A stretch of 59,840 nt of DNA, the filler included, from Leucoraja ocellata (taxonomy: Eukaryota): assembly GCA_036785375.1 (NCBI GenBank). It is 2 parts of 2 records of this genome, joined end to end, with 100 filler letters (N's around TTAATTAATTAA, not from the genome) between each part and the next. Parts side by side here need not be neighbours in the genome. Positions count along the whole stretch, not along the records: positions 1 to 31,203 come from JAWMAR010003093.1; 1 more part is not named here. One strand, 5' to 3'. Position 1 is the stretch's first letter. Each line of letters begins with the position of its first letter. Below the pieces are notes generated by a model, which was not told the origin of the DNA, made no database searches, and worked only from the letters and a program-made list of their open reading frames with translations. Shown here one piece after another: positions 1-12,834 of this stretch. A program made the position numbers and the translations under genes.

Positions 1-1703
1 CGGACATTTATTGTGGACCGTTGAACAAATAGTTTGCTCCCAGGTGATGCAAAGCGATCAAACTCATTATGCGACCGCTCGCTGCTCAGGCACCAGCTGA
101 GCTCCAACAGAACTAAGGAACTGTAAAATACGAGTGAACATTCTATTTTTAAATTTTAACGCGTGGCACACAGATGCAGCAAAATTCATGTCATGTAGCA
201 TTGATCCACATATGCTGCGATGTAATACAGTATATTACTTGTCGCATTTGCAATGCATTTTCCAGACACCGTTCCCATTGATAATTTCATCTTATCCATG
301 GAGCTGCCTTTCAAAAGGAAAGATAATCATTTTTTGGCAGGGTCTAATGATGTAAACCACAGGGAACCTTCTAGACGACATCGTATACAATTCAGCTACA
401 ACAGCAGCATTAATTTATTTCAACTGTTGCCACTTCATGAAGTAAGGAATAGGCGAATATAACGTGTAATGTGATAACTGACTGGAAATATACAACGGCT
501 AGAAATATTCTTGAACAGATTATCTTTAAAGAAATGTGTTAATTCATAAAACACAGAGGTGAACAGCTTTTGATGTCATTCCAGATATTAGAGCGAAATC
601 TTCTCAATTCAATGATCCGTTGGAGATATCAAGAATGTTGATGTACAAGTTGATTTAATCGGTTAAGGAGAATCTCACCGACTGTAAATGTTTGGGGATA
701 GATCACCCAGAAGAAAGTCTTGACCCAAGAAAGAAGTGTCATGTTTGCTGCACTCGACCTAAGCAATTCACTGACAAAAACTTCAGAGCAGTACACCACA
801 GGGGGAGGGAAATTATTTTTCGAAATAGTGCATTTAGGATCCATTTAAGTATGCAACTTTATTCATATGAATGGTACTAATATTGGACAATGTTAATTGT
901 GAGATGGACTGGCTAATGCAGAAGCCTTATCCCGCTGCTGCGAACAAAACCAGGATGAGTTATGGAGGGTTAACATATGACAAGATGATCAGTTGAGGTA
1001 TTTTACTGTGTTCCTCGGATGTAGGTCTCTAAAAGAGGGCAAAAGTCTAAAATGAGGCGGTAAATATTTAAAGGGGACGCCGCGCCAACTCTCCTTCACG
1101 GGAGAGGCAGGTATATTGAACCAACTCTCACTGTAAGTGGTAGTTGCATATTACACAGCACAGAATCAGGGCCTTTTCTCCATCTTGTTCATGAACAATT
1201 TGCTTGCACCCAAGGCGAGTAAATTTGAATGTGGATGGTAAGATTTTTTTCCCGTCAGCCAGCTTGAGTTGTCGGCTTATTTCACTGCAGGAGTCACACG
1301 CAGTTGGGCATAAGTGGAATTTAACCATCTGGTCTGGGACGTTGGCGAGACCGGACGTGCAATGTTGTTCCGATCGCAATATGTTAGCGATGATACCATT
1401 AATCTGGGGAGTGGCAGAGTATTAATGACAACGTTTTTGCCAGGAATGGAGAGGTTGAATTCCGAGAGAGACTGTATAGGTCAGGATATTTTATTTCTCT
1501 GGACCGAACGATGTTGTGATTTGACATTTCAAGTTTGGAACGTTTTCACGAGAGACAATATAATCAAGACAGTCGTCGCAATGCCCAATTGTGGTCCAAA
1601 TGACGAGGAAGAGAGATTTAGTAGAGTTGGAGACTCATATGTTATGTGCAGAAATTTGCGCCTTGCCTCGGGGGAAGATGATGTGTTGTTCTTCGATCTT
1701 GGA

Positions 1704-2062
1704 ATAAAGTCCTGGTGTCATCCTGCGAGCGCGACCAAACCAGAAGCGGGAGCCGCGCGGAGGTCGAGTGAGTGACACGGCGGCGAGGCGGCGAGGCGGC
1801 GAGGCGGCGAGGCGGCGAGGCGGCGAGGCGGCGAGGCGGCGAGGGGGCGAAGCGCCTGCGGTCAGGCAGGCCGTTGCCGCGCGGAATTTTTGAACACAGT
1901 CAGTTTTTCGGAGCCCCGCGCGATGTCGGGACCAGCTACGCACAACTCCATACGCCTCCGGCGATCGAAGTGGGACCGGCCACGCGAGGCTGCACGGCTC
2001 TAGCGACCACGTTAGGTCGCGCTTGCCGCATGGCGTCGCATGCTCTAGGGACAGGCCCTTTA
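1704..2062. mobile_element. GC-rich MITE-like element containing a (GCGGCGAG)n tandem repeat at about 1779-1843
   Basis: The right end GGGACAGGCCCTTTA resembles the terminus of the element at 45403-45624; the left end is degenerate. An internal 8-mer array has about 8 copies. Confidence 0.5.
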
Positions 2063-2489
2063 TACTGCATACACACTGTTTCACACAGGGGGTGCCCGGT
2101 ATATGGAACGTGCTGCCAGAGGGAGTAGTATGACAGGTACTGTATTGGAAACACATGTGGACAGTTATATGGATACGGAAGGCGTAGGGAGGTATGGTAC
2201 AAACGCGGGAAAATGACGCTAGGGGGATCTTGGTCGGCATGGACAAGTTAGGTCCAAAGCGCTGTTCCCGTATATCTCTCTGACGATGTATCAAATTGAA
2301 TTGTTCTCTCTGCGTAGACATATCGCATCAGCTGGTCGCTCCTCTGTCCACGCATGGTCATTCCACCACATGCGAATAGTGGACAGGCGGACAGTGTAAA
2401 CCTACGGACAAATTCTTGGCTTGAAGTTAGATGTTAGATGACAAATTCATGGCTTGAGATGTAAATATTAGTGGATAGTGTAAATATGA

Positions 2490-4615
2490 GCAAAACATTT
2501 TTTACACAGAGAGTGGTGAATCTCTGGAATTATCTGCCACATAATGTAGTTGAGGCCAGTTCATTGGCTTTATTTAAGCGGAAGTTAGATGTGGTCCTTG
2601 TGGCTAAAGGAGTCAGGGGGTATGGAGAGAAGGCAGTTACAGGATACTGAGTTGGATGATCAGCCATGACCATATTGAATAGCGGTACAGGCTCGAAGGA
2701 GGTACTACCCCTGCGCATATATTCAATGTTTCTATGTTTCTTTATATAATGTCAGCTGATGCAATAAATGTAGTCAAAAGTCCCTTACAGTCAGAATTAC
2801 AGGTGAATTTATAATGGAAAGCAAGGAATTGCAGACCAGTTTAACAAGTACTTACTTAAGGAAGATAGAAACAATCTCCCAGAAATATTAGAGGACCGAG
2901 GATCTATCGTGACTGAGGAACTGAAGGAAATTCGCATTAATCATGACATAATGTTGGGTAAAATGTTGGTACTGAAGACAGATAAATCACCAGGACCTGA
3001 TGGTCTGCATCCCAGAGTACCCACGGAGGTGGACCGAGAAATCGTGCTTGCATCAGTTCTTTTGACTCTGAATTAGTTCCTCTGGACTGGATGATAGCTA
3101 ATGTAATCCCACTTTTTTTTTAATGAAAGGAGGAAGAGAGAAAACGGGGAACTATAGACCAGTTAGGTTGACATTGGTAGAGGGGAGGATGCTTGAATCG
3201 ATTATTAATAGATTCATAGAACCGCATTTGGATAGCAGTGACAGGATAGGTCAGACTTATCATTGATTTCTGAAGGGGAAATCATGCTTGACAAATCTTC
3301 GGGATTTTTTTGAGGACGTAACAAGTAGGATGGATAAGGGAGTGCCAGTGGATGTGGTGTATCTGGAGTTACAAAAAAGGTTTGACAAGGTTCACCACAG
3401 GAGATTAGTGTGCAAAATTGCAGCACATTGTATTGGGGGTGGGCTATTGACACGGATAAATAACTGGTTGGCAGGCAGGAAGCAAAGAGTAGGAAATAAC
3501 AGGTCCTTTTCAGAATGGCATGCAGTGACCCGTGGAGTACCGTAAGGCTAAGTGCTGGGGCTCCAGTTGTTTACAATATATATTAACGATTTAGACGAAG
3601 GAATTAAATGCAACATCTCCATGTTTGCGGATGATACAAAGCTGGGTGGCAGTGTGAGCTGCGAGGAGAATGCGATGAGACTACCTGGTGACTTGGTTCG
3701 GTGCGTGGGCAGATGCAAGTAAGATGCAGTATAATATGGATACATGTGAGTTTATGCACATTGGTGGCAAGAACAAGAAGGCAGATTCTTATCTAAATGG
3801 TGTCAGATTTGGAAAAAGGGAGTGTCAACGGGACACTGGTGTCCTTGTACATTAAACACTGAAAGTAAGCATGTAGGTATAACAGGCAATGCAGAAAGCT
3901 AATGGCATGTTGGCTTTCATAGCGAGAGGATGTGTGTAAAGGAGCAAAGCGATCCTGGCGAGACCGCAGTTTTGGTCTCCTTATTTGAGGAAGGGCATTC
4001 TTGCTATTGAGGGAGTGCAGCGTATGTTCACCATCTTAATTCCCGGGATGGCGGGACTGACATGTGATGAAATGATGGATCGACTGGGTTTATATCCACT
4101 GGAATTTAGAAGGGTGAAAGGGGATCTTATAGAAACATATAAGATTCTTAAGGAATTATACAGGACACATGTTTCCGATGTTGGGAGTCGAGAACCAGAG
4201 GTCACAATTTAAGAATAAGGGATAGGCTATTTGGGACTGGGATGAGGAAAAGCGTTTTCAACAAGAGAGCATTGAATCTATGGAATTATCCGGCACAGAA
4301 GGCAGTGGAGGCCAATTCACTCGATGTATTCAAGTGAGAGTTAGACTTTGCTCTTCGGCCAACCGAATCAAGGGATATGAGGAGAAAGCAGGGACAGGGT
4401 ACTGATTCTGGATGATCAGCCAGGATCATATTGAACGGTGGTGATGGCTCGAAGAGCCGAATGCTGAGAGAATGGAACAGCTGGGCTTGTACACTCTGGA
4501 GCTTAGAAGGACGAGAGGAGATATCATTGAAACATGTAAGATTTTTAAGGGCTTGGACATGCTAGAGGCAGGAAACATGCACCTATTGGCTATGGTCTAT
4601 TGTTTATTGTCTATA
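2490..4615 (+). mobile_element. CR1-type LINE fragments (a 3' end plus a degenerate RT region)
   Basis: Peptides LTNLRDFFEDVT..DVVYL..FDKV.H.RL, FADDTKLGG and RLGLYPLEFRRVKGDLIETYKI; typical 3' tail. Confidence 0.85.
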
Positions 4616-5764
4616 TGTCATACCATGAATGCTAGATACCTTCAAGCATAAGTCGACAGGGAAGCACATTACATCTGGTCAGCATTCGCAGATTCTACAG
4701 GTAAAAGTAAATATCGAGGTTATTGCCCATTTCATTTACTGAGTTTCTTGTTCTTCGCTGGAATAAGAAAGAAAAGATCACGATTCCATTGGAATGATCA
4801 ATTTCAGTGTATTTAAGTGTATTCCTCTCCAGATAAATTACAATCACCAATGCAGATGGCGCATACTTTCCACAGTTAGAAGATAGTCATTGTGTTGCTT
4901 TGTTCATGTCTTTGTCGCACTGTTGCCACGTGCTTCCAAACTGGCTGAACTTTTCCATGTCAACCTGAAGAAAATATGCCAATAAATGATCATAATTGTG
5001 AATGCAAACACCGCACTTAACGTTACTCTGTTCAACGTCTCCGGTCACGTGCTGTGCAATTTAACATTTCCTCACCTATTATCTTCTCTTAATATTTATT
5101 TGTCTGTGTGTTTCTCTGTCATGCGCCCAGCCCGCCCTATAGGAATAATTGGCCATCTATGTTTGTTAATCAGATCTAAATCATGGAGTGGTGAATCTCT
5201 GGAACTCTCTGCCACAGAGGGTAGTTGGGGCCAGTTCATTGGCTATATTTAAGAGGGAATTAGATGTGGCCCTTGCGGCGAAGGGGATCAGGGGGTATGG
5301 AGAGAAGGCAGGTACGGGATACTGAGTTGGATGATCAGCCATGATCATATTGAATGGCGGTGCAGGCTCGAAGGGCCGAATGGCCTCTACTCCTGCACCT
5401 AATTTATATGTTTCTATGTTTCTTCTCTCCAGTGATGCTGCCTGTCCCGCTGATTTGTTCCAGCTTTTTGTGTCTATCAAGGATTGGTTTTGGCTACTAC
5501 TTTGCCAACACTCGATTTTCCCCAAATGAATAGATTTATGTCGATGCCTATACTTACCTGTAAGTGGCATTGCAATTTTGGTCACCGCGAGAGCGTAGTT
5601 TCTATTTCAGAAGCGGAGCGTCAGTTTTGTTTTCCACGAAATCGACTCAAAAGCAAATTTCACTTGATAATCCACGTGCAAATCTTGAGCAAGATAGTAG
5701 CGCTTCTCATACATACCTTCCCGGTTGGATATCGTCGACGGTATTTTCATGGAACGCAAACAAA

Positions 5765-6480
5765 GTCAATAGACAATAGACACTAGGTGCAGGAGTAGTC
5801 CATTCGGCCCTTCGTGCCAGCAGCGCCTTTCAATGCGATCATGGCTGATCACCCCCGTTCCTGCTTTCTCCCCATATCCCCTGACTCCGTTATTTTTAAG
5901 AGCCCTATCTAGTTCTCTATTAAAATCATCCAGTGCACCGGCCACCACCGCCCTCTGAGGCAGAAACTTCCACAGACTCACCACGCTCAGTGAGAAAAAG
6001 TGTTTTGTCGTCTCCGTTCTAAATGGTTTACTCCTAATTCTTAAACTGTGGCCCCTGGTTCTGGACTCCCCAAACACCTGGAACATGTTTCCTGCCTCCA
6101 GCGTGTCTAAAACCTTAACAATCTTATATGTTTGAAAGAGATACCCTCTCATCCTTCCAAACTCCAGAGTGTACAAACCCAGCTGCTCCATTCTCTCAGC
6201 ATATGACAGTCCCGCCATCCCGGGAATTAACCTTGTAAACCTACGCTGGGCTCCTTCAATACTAAGAAGGTCCTTCATCAAATTAGGGGACCAAAACTAC
6301 ACACAATACTCTAGGTGTGGTCTCAGTAGGGCTCCGTAAAACTGCAGAATTACCTCTTTGCTCCTACATTCGATCCCTCTTGTTATAAAGGCCAACATGC
6401 CATTCGCTTTCTTCACTGCCTGCTGTACCGGCATGCTTACTTTTATAGACCGATGTACAAGGACCACCCTGATCCCCGTT
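5765..6480 (-). mobile_element. CR1-type LINE 3' fragment
   Basis: ORF 5766-6281 reads QRRFTRLIPGM...ESRTRGHSLRI; the tail (AATAGAC)n is on the plus strand. Confidence 0.85.
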
Positions 6481-6809
6481 GTACTTCCCCTAAGTCAATT
6501 ATTTAAAATGTCGCAGACTCCCGCCTATGTGTCGAACGACATACCGTGAACGGTAGGAATTATGAAGCGTTTCACGGATGCGAATAGCCCACGAAGTATT
6601 TTTGCCGTCACTGCGGCAAACATCACCTAGGATCATAGATTCTGATGGGATTATTTACTACTAATCACCACTGACATAAAAACCAGTGTCCGAGAAATCA
6701 CAAATATAAAGAGTGATCGAATCGAGGGCAGGGAGTAAATGATGTCCAAGTAGTTTACTATCGAAAACTCAATTCCAGAAATAGCTGTACATTTGTTTTC
6801 TTGAGGGAG

Positions 6810-7000
6810 ATGTATTTTAGGAAGCAGGTGAGGAAAGGGCGACGGGAACAGGCGACGTGAGCTTCTTTGGTAGCTGTATTATCTGTAGTCAAATGATTTA
6901 AACGATTCGCCCGTTCGCTGCCCGAAACTAACAAGCCAACCAAGGGAACAACTGGTAAAAGACCAACATCCGACTCCGCCGTGCACTGCTGTGCCACGAA
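6810..7000 (+). pseudogene. Probable decayed antigen-receptor V relic
   Basis: The frame ending at 6966-6997 reads TSDSAVHCCAT (TCCGACTCCGCCGTGCACTGCTGTGCC, two substitutions from SDSAVYYCA). It is preceded by FKRF..., and an MYFRKQ stretch lies at an appropriate distance upstream. Stops are present and no recognisable RSS follows. Confidence 0.4.
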
Positions 7001-7035
7001 CTCCGCGATGCAGCGCAGTATAATTGATACTAAGT

Positions 7036-7054
7036 CGCCAGCAGATGGCGGTAG
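7036..7054 (+). promoter_or_regulatory. CTCF-like motif
   Basis: CCAGCAGATGGCGG at 7038-7051 matches the CTCF core consensus. It lies just 3' of the V relic and about 0.6 kb 5' of the V1 leader. Confidence 0.5.
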
Positions 7055-7669
7055 CCAGAATCTTTAAAACAAGCCACACCTTTTTCATAAATAATGGTTC
7101 ACTCCCCCCATTCTCTCTCAATACATTAATACAACCGTCATCTCATTTCAACCTTGTTTCGAGTTTACTCTGTCTTTTTTTGAAGCATTCCTACCATTCT
7201 ACCATGATATACAACTGAAACAATCAACGAGATATCCTCTCATGAGTTGTTATTTGGAGAGCGACCCCACATACCGAATGTCCCCTCTGACTCTCCTATA
7301 CTGCAGCGTTCTTCGGCCCGCAAACTACTTGCGTCCAGTTGGCTTTGTCAACTTGCGAATTGTGTCTCACGTTTTTACCTAACTGTATCTGGTGGAAAAG
7401 AACACAGTGGAAGCCATGTGTTTAATGACGCAGGTTTAACTATTCTCTGTCATTAATAACTGTGGGAGTTGTTCTAAATAAATATAAATGTGTTGGATTA
7501 ATTGTTCACCGCAGTGGAATCCTTTTGATTGGTGTTCTGCACGGAAATGACATCAGTCCAGCTTCAGCCAATGTACTCAGCTATTTGTACTTCTTATTGC
7601 TACAACAGTTGCGAGATTATCTATACGAATTTGACGCTCAAACGATCACAGTATCCGCGAGCAGTTAAA

Positions 7670-7712
7670 ATGCAACTATTTGCACCCGTTACATTGGTTG
7701 CACTGATTATCG
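7670..7712 (+). CDS. Leader exon of TCR alpha/delta V segment 1 (MQLFAPVTLVALII-G)
   Basis: ATG at 7670, hydrophobic 14-codon signal peptide, phase-1 donor G|GTAAG at 7712/7713. In phase with the acceptor at 9332. A CRE-like TGACGCTCA lies at 7632-7640. Confidence 0.75.
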
Positions 7713-8764
7713 GTAAGAAAATTAAATCTTTTTTATGAAGTTTGGTTTATCGTCAAAAAGAAGGCATTAAAAAAAATCAGATGCCCCGTTAAACATTTAT
7801 AGAACTATCCGTCCTTCCACCGCCTCCCACCGCCATTTCTGCAACTTAAAAGTGGAACGAATGTAGCTGGGACTTGTAGGCCGATGTGGGCAAATTGGGC
7901 CGAAGGGTTGTTTCCACACTGTATCACTCTATGTCTCTATAATCGCCATTAGATTATTACCACCAGAATGAATGCGGTATTATTCTCCAGTAAGCAAACA
8001 GCTAATCAAGGTGTCGCATAGAGGAAAAGGGTCCAGCTCAGTATCAATTTACCATGGATTAGCAATAAGGAGAAGTTGAAAAAAACTTGCAATGTTTTCT
8101 CGGGAATGTCGAAAGCTGGAGACCTTATAGTACATCAAATTACGAGGCGCATAGCCCGTGGCAACATTTTTTTCCCAGGGTGCAAATCCCGAGAATAAGA
8201 GGGCGTGCGTTAAGGTGAGAGGGACGAAATTTCAAGCAGTGGTGTAGTGTAGGTATTGTTTTTACACAGAGTGTGCTGTGTACCTGAAACTGGTACGGTG
8301 GTCGAGCCGTGTAAGATAGTGGCATTTAAGGATTTACGGTGACGCACGTGGCTAGGCAGGGAACGGTACAAGCGGCAAATTAGATTCGTTTATCTACGTC
8401 ATCCTCGAAACGGATATTGTGCGCTGAAGGATCTATTTATGTGCTACACTATTCTCTGTTCTGTGTTGTAATTTCAACTTATGGTCTTATATATCTCATA
8501 ACTGATAAACCCAGCGGGATATAGAGGAGAACAATATTATGTGGAATGCTTGGGTGGCTTTTTGTAGTGTTACAAACTCATGCAAATAGTGTATCAGGCA
8601 CAGTATAACTCATGCAAATAGTGTATCAGGCACAGGCACAGGTGGTCACTGCGAGTGAAATGTGGGGATGTAAGTTGAGTATGTCAAAGGGAGTTGTGGA
8701 GGTATGTCCTGGGATTGATGCTCGCGCATTCCTATTTACCCATGAATCACAATTCTCCTCCGTA

Positions 8765-9080
8765 AGTTTAGATTAATTTAGTTTATAGACACAGCGCGGA
8801 TACAGGCCATTCGGCCCACCGAGGTCTCACAGACTAACCATCCCCGCACATTAATACCATCCTGCACGAGGGCCATTTAATTTTTGTTTATACCAAGCCA
8901 ATTAACCTACAAACCTGTACGTCTTAGACTGTGGGTGGAAACGGAAGTGCTCGGAGAGACCCCCACCCAGGTCACGGGAACAAATCGTACCAACTCCGTA
9001 CAGGCAAGCACCAGTAGCCAGGATCGAACCCAGGTAAGTGCTGTAAGGCAGCAACTCTACCGCTGCACCACTGTGCCGCC
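8765..9080 (-). mobile_element. tRNA-derived SINE in the V1 leader intron
   Basis: Reverse complement of a GGCGGCACAGTGGTGCAGCGGTAGAGTTGCTGCCTTACAGC head with a (TAAAC)n tail. Related copies lie at about 12340-12650, 29700-29970, 38823-39155 and 52440-52700. Confidence 0.65.
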
Positions 9081-9332
9081 CTATATTTTTTCCACAGCTA
9101 TTGCCCGCTCCGAATCCTGCTACTTCTTATTCTTGCGTATGGCGTGCACAGTCTAAAGTTGTAGGCTAACGTGTTCTATTTGATCTTATTTGATTGTGCA
9201 CGTCAGGTTCATTGCACTCGTTGAAACAGGGCGGACCACGTGAAGGTTGCAATCTCCCACACCCAAATCCTGCAAGCATTACTTAAGTCCAATCTAATGA
9301 TCCGTGTCACGCTTGTTTCAACTGTGTTCCAG

Positions 9333-9636
9333 GTCAGAGCAATGGAAACGTTGTGTCTCAGAGGGACCCCCCGCTGACAAGGGCAGAAGGAGAAACGGCA
9401 ACTTTAGTCTGCACATACACCAGCGATATTTCTTCCTTATTCTGGTACCGCCAGTACCCAAGCAAGCGACCGGAAGTTGCGGTCGGGCGTTTCATCGAAG
9501 GCAATTTAGATTTCAAGGCAGAATTCGCTCGGACCCGTATTTCTGATTCCGTTCAGCGTTCAAGCAAAACGTATCATTTGGCAATCTCGGATTTGCAGCT
9601 GTCTGACACGGCGGTATATCTTTGTGCACTGAGGCT
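9333..9636 (+). CDS. TRAV: TCR alpha/delta variable segment 1 (V exon)
   Basis: Acceptor ttccag|GT at 9332. Reads GQSNGNVVSQRDPPLTRAEGETATLVC...LFWYRQYP...LQLSDTAVYLCALR, with the canonical V-domain Cys/Trp/Cys, and is directly followed by a 23-RSS. Confidence 0.9.
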
Positions 9637-9675
9637 CACAATGATGGGAGTGGGCTGGGGCCTCGTACAATAACT
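9637..9675 (+). other. 23-RSS of V1
   Basis: Heptamer CACAATG 9637-9643, 23-nt spacer, nonamer ACAATAACT 9667-9675. Confidence 0.9.
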
Positions 9676-11604
9676 GCCAGAGATTTCCAATACATGCAGC
9701 ATGTGCGCTGCTTACAACAGAGGCCGAGACACTCACGCAGGAACATTACAATATTGTACTTGATAAGTGGAATAACGGGAACGGCCAAATAGTGTATTTG
9801 TCGCTATTAAGAAGGCTCCCAGCATGGACATGGGGATTTGTATTATCCGCATTTAATGGCGGCCACATGCCGGATAAGGAAAGCGGCTGCTGAAAATGAA
9901 ATGACTGGCTGTGTTATTTCTGCACAAGACAGCGGAATCAGTACATCGGTAGATTGCAAACAGCTAAAAACGATTGTGTCGAAAAATAGATATGGTGGGG
10001 AAGGAAAGGTGGGAATACAACTTCGGCTGTAAACTATTGGAAAATAATCATACATGCACCTTGTTGGTTCGATGGATTGCTTTATTGCTCCACCGGGTGG
10101 CGCCAGCAATGGCTGCCTCGCCTACAGTCCGTTTGTCCTTTCTTTCCTTTGTGTTTGATAGTATGTGTTAAATGTACGTTTTTAGTGTTCTTTAGCCTGT
10201 TTTATGTGGGGGGGGGGGGGGTGCGTGGATGGGGCGTGGGAGTGGAGGGGGGGACGGTTGGAGGAAACTTTGGAGGAGAGGGATGGTGGCTGTGCCTTGG
10301 GTATTACCCAATAAGTGACACGCCGTTTGTAACGGCGCCCCCTGCCTTATCTGCTGCTTGATCCCTGTCACTGACTGATCGATCTGAGATTGATCACAGC
10401 TGGGTCCAATTAGTTGATATTCGTTGAGCACTTGAATCATTTCAATCACTTGAACCAATTCTCCGTATTAATCCCAGCGTCGTCGCACATGCGCCTTGAT
10501 GGCGAGGGACAGTGCCCCCATGCGGTTGATAATTATGTAAGTAAAACATATCACGTAATTTCACTCTACTGCAAGTGTTGGTGTGGTTATTGACGAAGGC
10601 TGCCGTCATCACCGCCCGTACAACTTTCTTTGAACTAAATCACAAAGAGGGACTTCGTTGGTTAGGCAGCATCTGTGGAAGGCATGGACAGACTACTTTC
10701 CTGGCCAGGACCGTTCTTCAGACCCTATCGTTTCGCTCCCCAGATGATGTTTAGTCTGCTGAGTTCCTGCAGCACATTCAGTTTTGCACAAGTTTCCAGA
10801 ATCTGCAGTTTCTTGTGTATTTACTCTTATGGCCACCTTTGGATTGGATTCAATTTATTGTCATTGTCTCGTTAGAGACAACGAAATGGATTTTACAGTC
10901 ATAATTTTTTTTTAAAGCACAAACACAGAAGTCCACGACACAACATTCCCACAGCGGCACCACAGTTAGGGAAGGAACAAAACTCCAGTCAGCCTCCTCG
11001 CTGATCTTCCCAGATGTTCACCCTTCGTCGGGGCCTCCCGCGCACCCCGTAGGCCATCTCGCCGGGAATGATGGAACCCCGACGTCGAACCCCGACGAAG
11101 AACATCCTCAGCGGCCCCGGCCTCCAAATCAGCCACCTCCCAGCGGAGTACGCAGCCCAAGGCGCGTGCCTTCTCTCCTTTCCGGTTTGACGTAAACGTT
11201 TAAATGAGTCTATCAGCACACGGATGCGCCTGACCTGCTAAGTATTTCCATCGTTTTCTGTTTTATTATGAAACATAGACATTAGGTGCAGGAGTTGGCC
11301 ATTCGAGCCTGTACCGCCATTCAATATGACAATGGATGATCATCCAACTCAGCATCCCGTCCCTGCCTTCTCTCCATATCCCCTGATCCCTTTAGCCACC
11401 AGGGCCACATCCAAATCCCTCTTAAATATAGCCAATGAACTGGCCTCAGCTACCTTCTGTGGCAGAGAATTCCACAGATTCACCACTCTCTGTGTGAAGA
11501 ATGATTTTCTCATCCCGGTCCTAAAAGACTTCCCACGTATCCTTAAACTGTGATCGCTAGTTGGGACTTCCCCAACATCGGGAATCATCTTCCTGCATCT
11601 GGCC

Positions 11605-11798
11605 TGTCCATGCACGGGTGATAGCAGAACGCCACTTTGCCTACGCAAGCCATTGCCATTCGTGAATAGGGTACCGCTCAGTGACGTAGAGATGGGAAAC
11701 ATAAGTTCATTAAAGTAAGATTAAATTATGATTCATTCCACGGATGGCAATGGCTTGCGGAGGCAATGTAGCTTTCTGCTATCATCCGTGCATGGACA
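11605..11798. mobile_element. MITE-like element with about 60-bp imperfect terminal inverted repeats
   Basis: TGTCCATGCACGGGTGATAGCAGAA...GCAAGCCATTGCCAT pairs with ATGGCAATGGCTTGC...TTCTGCTATCATCCGTGCATGGACA. It abuts a CR1 3' fragment (11270-11610, minus). Confidence 0.7.
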
Positions 11799-12834
11799 AA
11801 TGATTGTGTATACGTGCACACATATATTGCATAATTACAGACGTTGATGGGGACATGTTAAACGATCGACTGTTGTGGAGTTGATTATCGACAGTCTCCT
11901 GGCGTCCGTTATTCGGGCGCTCTCAGACTCGCCTAAAATTGAACCCGCTGATCTTTAATTCAAGATATGTTTAACGGTTGGATCAGAGAGTCACTTTGCC
12001 GTTTGCTGCATCGGTCACTCTGCAGTCCAAAACAACTGCTGGCCGGTTAGAAACACAAATTTCACAAAACCCCTTGCCCACAGTTCCAACACGTACCCGT
12101 GGTAGCAAACTGCTGCAGTAGGTAAGGCGGTTCACAGCCAGAGCAGAGGAAGGAAGTGAGGGCGGGGCGGATTGGCGCTGGTGCCAACTGTCAGAAACTG
12201 TTAGCTGCAGCTGGTGATTGTGCGCGAGGGGTTGGAGACGGAAGTTGTTGATTTGCAAGAGTGGTTGTGACCCAATTGTTGCCACCGGGCGACTGACAAA
12301 TAGGAGACGGGGGAGGGGAAAGTTAAATAACCTGCAGCACATTGGGGCGGAGGTCGAGTTTCTGCCCGCGAGCGCTCAAACCTCCAGAGACCCGGGTTCG
12401 ATCCCGACTACGGGTGTTAGCTGTGGGGAGTTTGTACGTCGTCCCCGTGACAGCGTGGGTCTTCTCCGAGATCGTCGGCTTGCTTCCACACTCCATATAT
12501 AGGACGTATTGGTTTGTATGTTAATAGGCTTGGTATAGATTTAAATGTGTCCCTAGTATGTGTAGGATAGTGTTAGTGTGAAGGGATCAAGGTCGCCGCG
12601 GACACGGTGGGCCAAAAGACACCCTTTCCGCGGTATATCTGTAAACTAAAAACTATCCTCAGCTAATAAACATAGAAAACATAGAAAATAGATGCAGGAG
12701 TAGGCCATTCGGCCCAATAGCAGGAATAGCGCCCGGTGTCGCTCCTCTCTACATGAAGTGTATATCCACACGATTACATACAACGCAGGCAGACGTTGCC
12801 TGTGTTACTGCTCGGCCAGCAACGCAGTGTTTTG

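Noticed and set aside
180-530. Possible decayed Ig-superfamily exon on the minus strand (..CIFP..WQQ..DEIINGN..)
   Set aside because: Multiple stops and only scattered motif resemblance; not supportable without alignment.
1635-2321. ORFs with ASPPRRLA / RRRGGEAA repeats
   Set aside because: Translations of the GC-rich 8-mer tandem repeat inside a MITE-like element.
10090-10105. CTCF-like CCACCGGGTGGCGC
   Set aside because: It lies at the start of what appears to be an interspersed repeat and is about 400 nt from the V1 RSS.
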